In this document: in pieces, positions 34,949-45,731 of the stretch
Layout: each line of letters begins with the position of its first letter
Position numbering within the stretch: the stretch's first letter is position 1
NCBI GenBank assembly: GCA_038143065.1
Contig: JAYQLI010000035.1
Location: 2,016,894-2,080,893 of the forward strand
Reading direction: 5' to 3'
Source of the DNA: Rhodospirillales bacterium
GTDB taxonomy: Bacteria > Pseudomonadota > Alphaproteobacteria > Bin95
DNA length: 64,000 nucleotides
Made by a program: the position numbers and the translations under genes
Notes under the pieces: model-generated
What the model was told of the DNA's origin: nothing
Databases searched by the model: none
Seen by the model: only the letters and a program-made list of their open reading frames with translations

Positions 34949-35950
34949 TTGCAAAACGGGCCTGAGCCCATAGACGCGCTTCAGCGCCTTCACGACCTCG
35001 TCGCCGATGATATGGCAGCGGTAAATCGAGAAATCGTAGCCCGAATGTCTAGTGAAGTCCCTTTAATCCCTAAACTAGCCGGCCACATAGTGGCGGCCGG
35101 TGGAAAGAGACTTCGCCCTCTCTTGACTTTAGCAGCCTCCAAAATGTGTGGGTATGAAGGACGCAGCCACATAGAGTTGGCGGCGTGTGTAGAGTTTATA
35201 CATACAGCTACGCTTTTGCATGATGATGTTGTAGATGAAAGTAAGATGAGGAGAGGGGGTGACTCTGCCAATGCCCTCTTTGGCAATGATGCCAGTGTTC
35301 TAGTTGGCGACTTCCTTTTTAGCCGGTCGTTTCAATTGATGGTTCAGATAGGTTCGCTGGAGGTTCTTAAAATCTTATCAAGTGCGTCTGCAACTATTGC
35401 TGAGGGAGAGGTGCTGCAGCTGTCGACCACGAATAATCCAGCTACGCCAGTCGACGAATATTATGAAGTTATTCGAGGTAAAACTGCGGCGTTATTTGCG
35501 GCAGCAGCAAGAGTTGGTCCTGTTCTCGCAGGGTGGCCAAACAGTGATGCTGAAGCGTTTGATTCTTATGGTATGAATCTTGGACTCGCATTTCAGATCG
35601 TAGATGATGTTCTGGACTACGATGCAGATCAGAAATCTCTAGGTAAGTCAGTTGGAGATGACTTCAAAGAGGGCAAAGCTACCTTACCGGTATTGTTAGC
35701 TTTTGCGAGAGGCGATGAAGAATCCAGAAAATTTTGGCGGCGTACAATCCAAGAGCAACAGCAAGAACCAGGTGATCTTGATAAAGCGATTGCTTATCTT
35801 AAAGCTAGCAAGTCGCTTGAAGACTCAGCCAAGGCAGCTCGTCATTTTGCCGAAGATGCTAAAGAAGCACTTTCTTCTGCTGGTGGTAACTTAGAATTTT
35901 CTAAAACTCTTTGTGACGTGGCAGATTTTTGCGTCGAGCGGGCCTTTTGA
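34949..35950 (+). CDS. ispB: octa/decaprenyl diphosphate synthase
   Basis: GGKRLRP, HTATLLHDDVVD, RRG, KTAALF, FQIVDDVLD, GK..GDD..EGK. Confidence 0.93.
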   Translation: MQNGPEPIDALQRLHDLVADDMAAVNREIVARMSSEVPLIPKLAGHIVAAGGKRLRPLLTLAASKMCGYEGRSHIELAACVEFIHTATLLHDDVVDESKMRRGGDSANALFGNDASVLVGDFLFSRSFQLMVQIGSLEVLKILSSASATIAEGEVLQLSTTNNPATPVDEYYEVIRGKTAALFAAAARVGPVLAGWPNSDAEAFDSYGMNLGLAFQIVDDVLDYDADQKSLGKSVGDDFKEGKATLPVLLAFARGDEESRKFWRRTIQEQQQEPGDLDKAIAYLKASKSLEDSAKAARHFAEDAKEALSSAGGNLEFSKTLCDVADFCVERAF

Positions 35951-36831
35951 TTGAAAAAAACAATCGGCTTTTGGCTACATTGGCAGGCCTCTCTGCAGCA
36001 GTAATTTGGGGTTTATGGTTTCCCATAACGCGAGCTGGAATTTCTGATAATATAATTACTCCTGCAGACATGGTTTTACTGCGAGGCGTTGTGGGGGCGA
36101 TTGTGTTCGCTCCTTTGGTTTACCGTTTTGGAATGAAGGCAGGTAACGTTGGTTGGGCCGGTACGATAGCCATATTGCTCAGTATGTCAGGGCCGTTTGC
36201 CTATGCCATAGGAATGGGCGCTAAGTTTGCTCCCGCCTCACACGCAGCAATTTTTACTCCGGGCATGTATCCTGCCCTAGTCTTTCTCCTCGCCCTGCTA
36301 GTACTTCGGGATCCTGTTACGACAAGGCGTTGGATTGGTTTTACCTCTATATTACTTGGTGCGGCTTTGGCAGCCTGGTCTGCGTTTGAGATTGCTGGGC
36401 CTGGAAGCTTGTCAGGATATATTTGGTTTCATGCATGCGCGGGGTTTTGGGCTATCTATACTCTGATAGTACGAGTTTCTAATTTGGCTCCTGGACATGC
36501 TTTAGGAATTACGCACGCAGGTACCGCTTTGGTTTATATCCCTATCTGGATAGTAATAGGAGACACTGGTTTATTTGATCTGAGCTTTAAACAACTAATC
36601 TTTCAGGTCGGCTACCACGGCGTATTGAACGGTGTAGTTGCAATGTTTTTTTATAATTTTGCCGTCCAGCGGCTTGGAGCTGCCGAAGGAGCTGTTTTTG
36701 CAGCATTAGTTCCGTCAATCGCGGCATTTAGTGCGTGGGCTCTTTTAGGGGAGCAGATTAGTTTCAAGGAAGGGGCTGCTCTGCTGGTTGTTTCGATCGG
36801 AGTAGTTCTTATTTCAGGAGCACGGCGCTAG
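35947..36831 (+). CDS. DMT/EamA family transporter
   Basis: ~10 TM helices, IWG, LGA, LLGE; TTG start overlapping the ispB stop. Confidence 0.88.
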   Translation: MIEKNNRLLATLAGLSAAVIWGLWFPITRAGISDNIITPADMVLLRGVVGAIVFAPLVYRFGMKAGNVGWAGTIAILLSMSGPFAYAIGMGAKFAPASHAAIFTPGMYPALVFLLALLVLRDPVTTRRWIGFTSILLGAALAAWSAFEIAGPGSLSGYIWFHACAGFWAIYTLIVRVSNLAPGHALGITHAGTALVYIPIWIVIGDTGLFDLSFKQLIFQVGYHGVLNGVVAMFFYNFAVQRLGAAEGAVFAALVPSIAAFSAWALLGEQISFKEGAALLVVSIGVVLISGARR

Positions 36832-36940
36832 AGGCTTACTAGTAGAAAAATTGATCTACAAAGTTGCTAGATTCCAATAAGGCTCAAAGCTAATTGGCCA
36901 CCATCAACCTGTTTACATTCATGTTTTTGGCTATTTGGTC

Positions 36941-38257
36941 TTACAATTTTGGTAAAACACCGACGTAGTGGTCTATAGCGTCGGCAAAAGCTTCCGTTAA
37001 GCCGTCAAATTCTTTTTCTGTCATAGGTAGCGACAGCACTATCATGTTGCGCCGTGCGATATAATATCCCCTTTCCAGTAAGGCCAGATGAAGCAATGCC
37101 CGTAGCGAACTGTGTACTTTGTCTGCGTCTTTTGGGCCTTCCAGCAGTTCAGGTGTTAAGTGAACCATCATCATTGAACCAGTTCCGGTAACTTGTCCTG
37201 CTACACCAGCTTTCCTCAATACCTCATTAAGGCGTTCCCGCAATTTATCACCATCGGCATTCAGTCTGACTGCTTGATCAGGAGTATAAACTTTTGTGAG
37301 CCCCGCAATGGCGGCGGAGAGGCTGAGAACGTTGTTATTAAAAGTTCCTGCATGGGCAAAAGCGTCCTCGCGACGTGGGTCAAATCGTTCCATCGCCTTC
37401 GTGCTACCACCAAAAGCACCAAAAGTAAGGCCGCCACCTAGATACTTTCCAAAAGTTACCAAGTCTGGCTTTACATTCCATTTTCCATGTAGCCCACTAG
37501 GAGACAGTCGCGAGGTCATCACTTCGTCGAAAATTAAGAAAGCTCCAACCTTTTGCGTTTCTTCACGAAGCATTTTGATGAAATTGGGGTGTGCTTGGAT
37601 GCAGCCACCACTGCCTGTCATTGGCTCCACAATGATTGCGGCCAACTCTTCTCCTAATTCTTGGATTTTTGTTCTTGTGCCTTCGACATCATTGTAAGTG
37701 CAGAAATTCCAGGAAAATGGCACGTTCATTTGATTTCCGTAGCTACCGAAACTTATTACGCTGCCATGATATGAGCCTTCGAAACCAATTAGGTGCTTGC
37801 GGCCTGTGCTGGCTCTAGCTGTTGAAAGAGCAAGCAAGTTTGCTTCAGTCCCAGAATTCGTGAAGCGGACAAGATCAACAGCTGGAAAGCGATTCTGAAA
37901 AATCTTCGCCAATACGGCCTCACGCTCTGTGGGGCCTCCTAGTGTTATACCACCCTCCATTGCGGATCGGATTGCATCAAGAATGTGTTGCTCACTATGG
38001 CCATAAATGCCAGCTGTTTGTTCTACTTGAAAATCTACATATTCATGGCCGTCGATATCATGTAATCGACAGCCCTCTCCTTTCGAAAGGGTGAGTGGGA
38101 AGGGGGGATAGAAAAGTACAGTCCTTGTGTTACCTCCTGGCATACTTTTACAAGCTTCAGTGAACGCCAATTGACTTTTGGGGTTGGCATCAGCAAATCG
38201 ACCTTCAGCCTCTGAAAGGGCAGCCGCCAGATCGTAGTTCTGTCGTGAATCGGCCAT
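36941..38257 (-). CDS. class III aminotransferase, GSA-aminomutase-like / beta-amino-acid transaminase-like
   Basis: MPGGNTR.VLFY.PFP, RFTNSGTEA, YHG, FDEVMTSR, GKYLGGG, GTFNNN. Confidence 0.9.
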   Translation of the reverse strand: MADSRQNYDLAAALSEAEGRFADANPKSQLAFTEACKSMPGGNTRTVLFYPPFPLTLSKGEGCRLHDIDGHEYVDFQVEQTAGIYGHSEQHILDAIRSAMEGGITLGGPTEREAVLAKIFQNRFPAVDLVRFTNSGTEANLLALSTARASTGRKHLIGFEGSYHGSVISFGSYGNQMNVPFSWNFCTYNDVEGTRTKIQELGEELAAIIVEPMTGSGGCIQAHPNFIKMLREETQKVGAFLIFDEVMTSRLSPSGLHGKWNVKPDLVTFGKYLGGGLTFGAFGGSTKAMERFDPRREDAFAHAGTFNNNVLSLSAAIAGLTKVYTPDQAVRLNADGDKLRERLNEVLRKAGVAGQVTGTGSMMMVHLTPELLEGPKDADKVHSSLRALLHLALLERGYYIARRNMIVLSLPMTEKEFDGLTEAFADAIDHYVGVLPKL

Positions 38258-38522
38258 CGTGTTTCTCTCCTAGGGTCGTTTTAATTGTTTATCAGCGATT
38301 GAGGCCTCAGTGTGTCGAGGAAACAGTATTGAGCGATATACTCAAAAAGCCAAACAGCGAACTTATTAGACAGCTATCAATTTTAATAGGTAGCTTTATG
38401 GCGTGAGAACGATATTCTTGAGATTCATTAAGCGCGTTTAAAAGCGCGCACCATTTAGTTTGCGGCGGCCTCAAAGAGTCCTCGTGATTATTAATTATAA
38501 GCAGGAACCAAGGAGCAGGCCG

Positions 38523-39539
38523 ATGGCCAGCATCGAGCGCGCAAATGGTAACGAATATGAAGGTGATGATGCCACGGGCAGAGAGCCTGTTCAGTCAGAA
38601 CTCCGTCCGCGCCAAGATAAGTTAGACTTTGACCTAGCGGCAGTTTGCAGAGCTGTCTTTACATTACATGCCAAAATTCCTTCAGACGCATTTACTGCTG
38701 AGACTTTAGGAGTTCAGCGAGAAGGTAATGCGATCCTGATACGAGATGATGGTGTGGCACTTACAATTGGATATCTCGTTACCGAAGCTACTACGGTTTC
38801 TCTTATCGATAGTGTGGGTGAAGCAAAGGCGGCTGAAGTGATTGGTTATGATCAGGCAACTGGTTTTGGTCTCGTTCGACTACGGGAACCCGTTGATGCT
38901 AAGCCAATCCCTCTAGGAATAGCATCTGAAATTCGCACAGGGGCAGATGTCACTGTAGTGGCTGGCGGAGGCCCTAATTATGCGATGGCCGCTAGACTGC
39001 TTTCAAAACGTGAGTTCGCTGGCTATTGGGAATACTTATTAGATGAAGCATTTTTTACAGCTCCATTGCATCCACATTGGTCTGGAGCGGCACTGCTTTC
39101 ATCAGCAGGTAAATTGGTAGGTCTGGGTTCCCTCTATGTACAAGACGTGCTGCCAGCAGAAAACTCTCCAGCAGGTAATATGTTTGTTCCGACGGATCAG
39201 TTGGCAGCAATAATTGATAACCTAGTAGAAAAAGGGAATACGGGTCGGCCGGCTCGCCCTTGGCTTGGAATGTTTGTAACAGAGGCAGATGGAGCCTTGG
39301 TAATAGCGGGAATGGTCGATAGTGGGCCAGCCGCCCGTTCTAATCTACGGCTAGGGGACAACATCCTCGGCGTGGAAGGTAGTGATGTTAGTGATCTCTC
39401 TGAATTTTATCGGGCAATTTGGGAGCGTGGCCCAGCAGGGGTTAGCATACGCCTAAATGTACTAAGAGATGGCCGCCTTCGCGACATTTCAGTACGTACG
39501 GCCGATCGGAATAGCTATTTGAAGAATATGCCTGGCTAA
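38523..39539 (+). CDS. S1C (HtrA-like) trypsin-fold + PDZ protein with degenerate catalytic triad
   Basis: LTIGYLV, GYDQATGFGLVR, HPHWSGAAL, RPWLG, GPAARS..R.GD; no signal peptide. Confidence 0.82.
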   Translation: MASIERANGNEYEGDDATGREPVQSELRPRQDKLDFDLAAVCRAVFTLHAKIPSDAFTAETLGVQREGNAILIRDDGVALTIGYLVTEATTVSLIDSVGEAKAAEVIGYDQATGFGLVRLREPVDAKPIPLGIASEIRTGADVTVVAGGGPNYAMAARLLSKREFAGYWEYLLDEAFFTAPLHPHWSGAALLSSAGKLVGLGSLYVQDVLPAENSPAGNMFVPTDQLAAIIDNLVEKGNTGRPARPWLGMFVTEADGALVIAGMVDSGPAARSNLRLGDNILGVEGSDVSDLSEFYRAIWERGPAGVSIRLNVLRDGRLRDISVRTADRNSYLKNMPG

Positions 39540-39580
39540 CAAAAGGTAGCGCTTTCTTGGAAATAAAAGGAGAAGTTTAG

Positions 39581-39907
39581 ATGTCTGCATTTTATGAACT
39601 CCGTCAGTACAAGGTGCTGCCTGGAAAGATGGATGAGTGGGTTAAAATAATGGAAGAGGAAATTATTCCCTTTCAGGTTTCAAAGGGTATGGTGATTTGT
39701 GGGAGCTTCCGTGGTGAGGAAGACGACTCATGCTACATTTGGTTGCGACGCTTTGAGAGCGAGGCTCAGCGTGAAGCGCTTTACAAGGCTGTCTATGAAA
39801 CTGATTTCTGGAAGAATGAAATGGGTCCTCGTGTGCCAGACTATCTGGATAGATCCCAAGCAGTTATAACCAGGATTGTGCCAACGGAAAAATCAACAGT
39901 TAGGTAA
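39581..39907 (+). CDS. NIPSNAP family protein
   Basis: YELRQY...PGKMDEW, YIWLRRF, Y...W; AAGGAG RBS. Confidence 0.88.
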   Translation: MSAFYELRQYKVLPGKMDEWVKIMEEEIIPFQVSKGMVICGSFRGEEDDSCYIWLRRFESEAQREALYKAVYETDFWKNEMGPRVPDYLDRSQAVITRIVPTEKSTVR

Positions 39908-41309
39908 GGGCAGTTGCTGCCCATGCAATTGCGAGAACCACTGCCGCGAAAGGTGTGAGGAGGCGCAATATTTCTGCCTCCTTACCTATCAAGCCTAAAG
40001 CGGTCGCAACTAACGCGATCCGCATAGGGGAAAGCATGGTGTAGGCGCTTGCTACAACGTTTTGTATAGCGACAGTATGAATTGGGTTTTCGCCAGTGGC
40101 CGCTCCTAAAGCTGCCTGGAATTCTGCCAACATGCCATGGGCAGCAGCGTTTGAGCCGGTTAGCCATCCTGCCAGTGCAGCAAAGATAGGTCCAAAATAT
40201 ACAGATTGGGACCCTGAAACTTCTCCCAGCAATAGCACTGCTTCTTTTTGTGCCCCAAGTGCAGATATTCCCTGCCCAAGCACAACGAAGCCGATAGTCA
40301 CGGCGACTGGAACATAAGCAGCGCGAATGGCCCTGCCGGAGGTTTTAAGTGTTTCGAAAATTGGAACGCTTTTCCAGTAAGCATATCCAAGTCCAAATAC
40401 AATTAGCCAGAATGATGGATGAGCAAACGGTGCAAAGGCAGGTAAATCCTCAGTAAACTCAATTATCCAGAGGTTACGAAGTAAGTCGGTAATTCCTGGA
40501 AAAACCCGAATTGCAACAATAAAAAGGGCGAACGCACCAAACACGCCTGCATCTAGTGGCACTCGGCCTTTGAGACGGTCATACGCTCCAGTAAATGCAA
40601 AGAGCGTCCCGGCCGCAAGAATTCCAGCAATATCGACAAAACCGGCAGCATTTGCGGCCCAGAGGATTCCAAGTAGCGCAGCTACGTTTCCGGCTTCACG
40701 AAGCATAGCCGTAAAAGACCTCGGGCCTGGAGCCCAAAGCCAAAACAAAGCGAGGGCAGCGATCAGGACTGGAGCTGATAAAAAAGTACTTTCAACGCCA
40801 AGCATGCTGAGAGAAGTGCCAGTCAGCTCAGCTGCGATAGTTGTCCCAATGGCTAGAGCTCCCCAGGGCACTAAGGAAAGAGAGAGCAAAGCAAGGGCAG
40901 CAAGGCGGACACTTGTAATTCCTCGTGCGCTCAAAACTGATACTGCAGCAACAGCGCCAAGACCAAAGCCGCTTGCGCTTTCTACAAATACACCTAGAAG
41001 GAAAATGGCCGTGAAGGACTGTTTTCGTTGATCTGAAGCACTTGCAGAGGGTTTAAAGGCGTCTGGATTTGCTCTCAGCGCCAGCCGCTGAAAAATCAAA
41101 CCAGTGAGGATAATAGATACGGCAAGCCAAGCTATCCAAAGACCGCGCCCTAATATGAAAAGTACATCGGCATCATCAATATTTCTCCATGTGAGAAGGA
41201 GTGCCGTTGCTGCCCCAATCAACCCTGCGTTCTCTATACTAGCACGACGAGAGGCGATCAGTATCAGTGCTAAAGCTAAAGGGCTTATTGAGATCAGTAG
41301 ATTATCCAT
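39900..41309 (-). CDS. L-lactate permease-like membrane transporter
   Basis: FVESASGFG, VPWGALAIGT, GWLTGSN, MLSP.RI; many TM helices. Confidence 0.75.
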   Translation of the reverse strand: MDNLLISISPLALALILIASRRASIENAGLIGAATALLLTWRNIDDADVLFILGRGLWIAWLAVSIILTGLIFQRLALRANPDAFKPSASASDQRKQSFTAIFLLGVFVESASGFGLGAVAAVSVLSARGITSVRLAALALLSLSLVPWGALAIGTTIAAELTGTSLSMLGVESTFLSAPVLIAALALFWLWAPGPRSFTAMLREAGNVAALLGILWAANAAGFVDIAGILAAGTLFAFTGAYDRLKGRVPLDAGVFGAFALFIVAIRVFPGITDLLRNLWIIEFTEDLPAFAPFAHPSFWLIVFGLGYAYWKSVPIFETLKTSGRAIRAAYVPVAVTIGFVVLGQGISALGAQKEAVLLLGEVSGSQSVYFGPIFAALAGWLTGSNAAAHGMLAEFQAALGAATGENPIHTVAIQNVVASAYTMLSPMRIALVATALGLIGKEAEILRLLTPFAAVVLAIAWAATALT

Positions 41310-41342
41310 TGGTTGGGGAAGACCTGCTAATCCCAGCTAGGT

Positions 41343-42602
41343 TTAAGCCACCATGCGCTGAGTTAGTTCCTCTACTGAAGGCGAATTTTCCACGGGGCCA
41401 ACTAGAGACAAAGTCGCTGCACCGCTTAAAGCCTTGGCTGCAAGATTTGCAATAGATAAGCGCTCGACATCATCAACTTTGGCACGGACTTCTTCCGGAG
41501 TTACAGGTCGTCCGTGAATAATGAGTTGTTGTGCAAGCTGTTCCGCCCGTGTGGAAGTAGACTCCCTGGACATTAAAATGCTTGCGCGGAGTTGGGCTTT
41601 TGCTCGACTGGTCTCAGCCTCGGTGGGGCCATCCGCAACAGACTTCAATTCATCTATGGCTAGAGTTAGGGCCTGCCCTGCCTGCGAACCATCTGTGCCG
41701 GCGTATATCCCAAACATACCAGTGTCAGTCATCGATGACATAAAAGAATAAATGGAGTAGCAAAGACCTCGTTTTTCACGGATTTCCTGAAAAAGCCGGG
41801 AAGACATACCACCTCCGTACAGTGCTGACAGAACGTGACCCACGTAGTAGTCTGGCGCACCAAAATTTGGACCTGGGAGGCCAAAAAATAAATGAGCCTG
41901 TTCGGAGGGTTTGATAATTCTCTGCTCCCCTCCATTGTATACGGCAGGTTCCGTTTTAGGCACCTCGGAGGGCTGCAAGTCACCAAAGAGTTTTTCCGCC
42001 AACGCTACTAACTTTTCGTGATCTACCGCTCCAGCAGCTGAAACCACCATCTTATTTGGCTTATATCGGGCTGCCATGTAGTCAACGATCGCAGTGCGCG
42101 GAATTGTTCTAATAATATCTGGCGATCCCAATATGGGCCGTCCAACTGGTTGCGATGGATAAGCGGCAGCTTGGAACGCGTCATGGGCTACGTCTTCAGG
42201 AGTGTCAGCTGCCTGACCAATCTCTTGCAAGATCACGTCACGCTCGCGATCAAGCTCTGCAACGTCAAAAGTAGAGTTACGAAGGATATCAGCTAAGATA
42301 TCAAGCGCTAGGCTTACATCTTCCCTTAAAACACGGGCGTAATAGGCTGTAACTTCCCGGCTGGTGTACGCATTTAGGTGGCCACCTACATCTTCAATTT
42401 CACCCGCAATGTCTACAGCACTTCGGCGTTTGGTACCCTTAAATGCCATGTGTTCTAGCAAATGTGCCACACCATTGGTTGACGCAGATTCGGCTCTAGC
42501 TCCCGTCCCGCCCCAGCCACCTAATGCTGTACTCTCTACTCCATTTATCTGATCACTGGCGACGGTGAGACCATTAGAAAGTCGCGTTACATCTACCGTC
42601 AT
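41343..42602 (-). CDS. M16 family zinc peptidase (mitochondrial processing peptidase-like)
   Basis: GVAHLLEHMAFKGT (HxxEH), NAYTSRE, GGGMSSRLFQEIRE; downstream of thrC. Confidence 0.94.
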   Translation of the reverse strand: MTVDVTRLSNGLTVASDQINGVESTALGGWGGTGARAESASTNGVAHLLEHMAFKGTKRRSAVDIAGEIEDVGGHLNAYTSREVTAYYARVLREDVSLALDILADILRNSTFDVAELDRERDVILQEIGQAADTPEDVAHDAFQAAAYPSQPVGRPILGSPDIIRTIPRTAIVDYMAARYKPNKMVVSAAGAVDHEKLVALAEKLFGDLQPSEVPKTEPAVYNGGEQRIIKPSEQAHLFFGLPGPNFGAPDYYVGHVLSALYGGGMSSRLFQEIREKRGLCYSIYSFMSSMTDTGMFGIYAGTDGSQAGQALTLAIDELKSVADGPTEAETSRAKAQLRASILMSRESTSTRAEQLAQQLIIHGRPVTPEEVRAKVDDVERLSIANLAAKALSGAATLSLVGPVENSPSVEELTQRMVA

Positions 42603-43995
42603 CGTAGTGACTCCACTAGCTTATAAACTTCTGTCTTGACAGCGCTTGCATTGCTGGGGAGTACCTTAAACCGCTCCTCTCTTTCGTAGATTTGGGCTAA
42701 TCGGTGAGGAATTTCAGGGTCTTTTCCTGTTGCTTTTAGGATTGCCTCTTTAAATTTTGCTGGATGCGCAGTTGCAGCGATTATCATAGCTACTCCGGTG
42801 TTGCTGAATTTCTTACCAGCAAGAGAGCCAATGGCGGTATGAGGATCCATGACATAGCCAGTTTTCTCATGCACTTCTCTTATTTCTGCTAGCGTTTCTT
42901 CATCGTTAAAGCAAGCAGTAGAGAAGTTTGCCCGGGCCAGCTTGAGGCGATCTTCCCCAACACTAAGTTTTCCTTGTGCTCGAAACTGCTTCATGGCTGC
43001 AGCTACAGCATCACCATCTCGATTATACAGTTCGAAAAGTAGCCTCTCAAAATTTGAGGAAACTTGAATATCCATAGAAGGTGAGAGAGTCGGCTGCACT
43101 CCTGGATCGACATATCATCTGATTCGAAGAAACGAGTAAGTATATCGTTAGAGTTTGACCCAACCACTAAATGTTTTATCGGTAAGCCCATCCGATGGGC
43201 GGCGTACGCCGCAAAAACATTGCCGAAATTTCCTGTAGGGATTGAAAACGCTATTTCTCGGTCTGGTGCGCCTAAACGAACTGCCGCGTAAACATAGTAA
43301 ACAATTTGGGCCATAACCCGAGCCCAGTTGATAGAATTAACAGCTGAAAGATTAACAGACTCGCGAAATTCTCCATCGGCGAAAAGCTCTTTAACAATAT
43401 CTTGGCATGCATCGAAGTCGCCTTCGATAGCAATATTCTGGACATTGGGAGAGTGCACGGTCGTCATTTGCCGACGTTGGGCCTCGGAAGTCCTGCCTTT
43501 GGGATGCAGTATGCAGATTGCGATGTTGTCGCGATCACGACATGCTTCGATCGCTGCTGATCCAGTATCACCAGAAGTTGCACCTACTATAGCGATTTTT
43601 TGGCCGCGACGGGACAGCACGTGATCAAAGAGCCGGCCGAGGAGCTGTAACGCGACGTCTTTGAACGCTAGGGTTGGCCCATGAAACAACTCCAGTGACC
43701 ATAAATCAGAATCTAGTTGCATTAAGGGTGTTACAGAGGAATGGTCAAAGGTGGCGTAGCTATCAGTGAGAATTTGTTGGTATACGTCTTCAGAGATCGA
43801 GTTTCCAACAAATGGCTTCGTAATCCTAAAGGCAGTTTCAGCATATCCTAGTCCGCGGAGGGCCCTAAAATCATCTTTGGAAAATGAAGGCCATGTTTCT
43901 GGAACATACAAACCGCCGTCAGTAGCAAGTCCAGCCAGCAAAACACCCTCAAAATCAAGTGATGGGGCACTTCCACGTGTAGAAATATACTTCAT
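42599..43995 (-). CDS. thrC: threonine synthase; frameshift near 43101
   Basis: MKYISTRG, GLATDGGLYVP, ELFHGPTLAFKD, ATSGDTG, NSINWAR, PTGNFGN, TLSPSMDI, ATAHPAKF. Confidence 0.96.
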
Positions 43996-44168
43996 TCGAA
44001 CTCTCAAAATCTGGAGAGTTTCGTATAAAGCCTTTTTGGCCCCAGTGAAATCATTGGTTTTTCCTAGATTACGAATAATTCATGGAATAGAGAGAGCCTA
44101 GTAACCCTCTCCGACCTATATACAGACTGTCTATAAAAAATTTCTTGGCCAAAATAGGATTGTGTCAG

Positions 44169-45674
44169 ATGAAACTGCTTTCAAAAAATCGCGCTAGTAT
44201 TGATCTCGCAAGACGAGTTTCAGGTATGATCGCAGTGGTTGCATTGGGTTCCTGCATGACCGCGGTAGCAGTCAGCCCCCTTATTTCTAATTTTGCTAAT
44301 GCCCAGGTTGTACAACCTCAGGCGGGACCTGCTAGTTTCTCGCCCGTGGTAAAGGCAGTCGCGCCATCGGTTGTCCATATTGAAGTGAGCCAAAGAGCTG
44401 ACAATGTAAATGGCCCAGCACCAGAAAATATGCCACCGGGCATGAAAGAGTTTTTCGAGCGATTTTTTGGAAATCGGCCTCCTTTTGGTCAACAAGGCCC
44501 CCAAGGGCCTCGAACCGGTCTTGGTTCCGGTTTTTTTATTGATGCAGACGGTCATATTGTGACCAACAATCATGTCATTTCTGGTGCATCAGAAATCAAT
44601 GTGACAATGAAAGATGGCGCTAAATTATCTGCAAAGCTAATTGGAGCTGATACGAGAACCGACTTGGCCCTGCTTAAAGTAGACCGTGAAAAACCATTTC
44701 CGTTTGTAACTTGGGGAGACAGTGATAAAGCCGAGGTTGGTGATTGGATCGTTGCCGTAGGCAACCCATTTGGACTAGATCACACGGTTACAACAGGCAT
44801 TATTTCGGCTCGTGGCCGTTCCATTGGCGCTGGACCCTATGATGATTTCCTGCAGATTGATGCGCCTATTAATAAAGGCAATTCTGGAGGGCCTGCCTTC
44901 GGCCTAGACGGTCGAGTGCTTGGTGTTAATACAGCGATTTTCTCGCCCACAGGCGGCAGCGTCGGCATTGGATTTGCTATTCCAGCAAATCTTGCACGCA
45001 ACGTTATAGATCAACTCAAAGGCGGCGGTAGCGTAAAGCGAGGATGGTTGGGCGTTGCAATTCAAACTGTAACCAAAGACATTGCTGAAGGGGTTGGTCT
45101 TAAAGAGGCATATGGTGCAATCGTGTCTGCTGTAACCACGGGTGGACCAGCTGATTCAGCAGGGCTCCAAGTTGGTGACGTTATTCTCGAGGTCGATGAC
45201 AAAAAGATCGAAGAGATGCCAGAATTACCCCGCTTGATTGCCGCCATACCGCCAAATAAGACGGCACGGATTAAAATATGGCGCGACAGCCAATCTCGTA
45301 TGGTCAATGTAAAACTGGGAGTATTGCCTGACGAAAAAACTCTTGCTGAAAGCGCAAAGCCCAGCGCGACTGAAAATACAGTGCTGGGTTTGACCCTACA
45401 AACTCTTGATTCGGATTCTCGCCGTGAAGCTGGTGTTGATAAGAAATCAGGTGGAGTACTTATCACTGATATAAAAGCTGATAGTCCTCTCGCAAAAAAG
45501 GGCGTGCAGGCAGGTTCTATTCTAATGGCGGTGGCAGGTGTTTCGGTTTCTAATCCTTCAGAGGCTGTAGATTTAATTAAGCAGGCTCAAAAAACAGGCC
45601 GAACTGCGGTACTTCTTTTGATTAGACAAAATGGATCTGATCGTTTTGTTGCCGCACCTTTTGGGTCAGATTAG
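44169..45674 (+). CDS. periplasmic serine endoprotease DegP/DegQ (Do), two PDZ domains
   Basis: signal/TM segment, GSGF, VTNNHV, TDLALLK, INKGNSGGP, RGWLGV. Confidence 0.95.
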   Translation: MKLLSKNRASIDLARRVSGMIAVVALGSCMTAVAVSPLISNFANAQVVQPQAGPASFSPVVKAVAPSVVHIEVSQRADNVNGPAPENMPPGMKEFFERFFGNRPPFGQQGPQGPRTGLGSGFFIDADGHIVTNNHVISGASEINVTMKDGAKLSAKLIGADTRTDLALLKVDREKPFPFVTWGDSDKAEVGDWIVAVGNPFGLDHTVTTGIISARGRSIGAGPYDDFLQIDAPINKGNSGGPAFGLDGRVLGVNTAIFSPTGGSVGIGFAIPANLARNVIDQLKGGGSVKRGWLGVAIQTVTKDIAEGVGLKEAYGAIVSAVTTGGPADSAGLQVGDVILEVDDKKIEEMPELPRLIAAIPPNKTARIKIWRDSQSRMVNVKLGVLPDEKTLAESAKPSATENTVLGLTLQTLDSDSRREAGVDKKSGGVLITDIKADSPLAKKGVQAGSILMAVAGVSVSNPSEAVDLIKQAQKTGRTAVLLLIRQNGSDRFVAAPFGSD

Positions 45675-45731
45675 AAAAAATATCTTAACGAGTGGTCCAC
45701 GATAGGTCCACTCTACGCTTGGTAGGGTCTT

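Noticed and set aside
44117-44135. Near-palindrome TATATACAG-A-CTGTCTATA before degP/Q
   Set aside because: Single imperfect AT-rich copy; OmpR-family regulators usually bind direct repeats, and I found no convincing one
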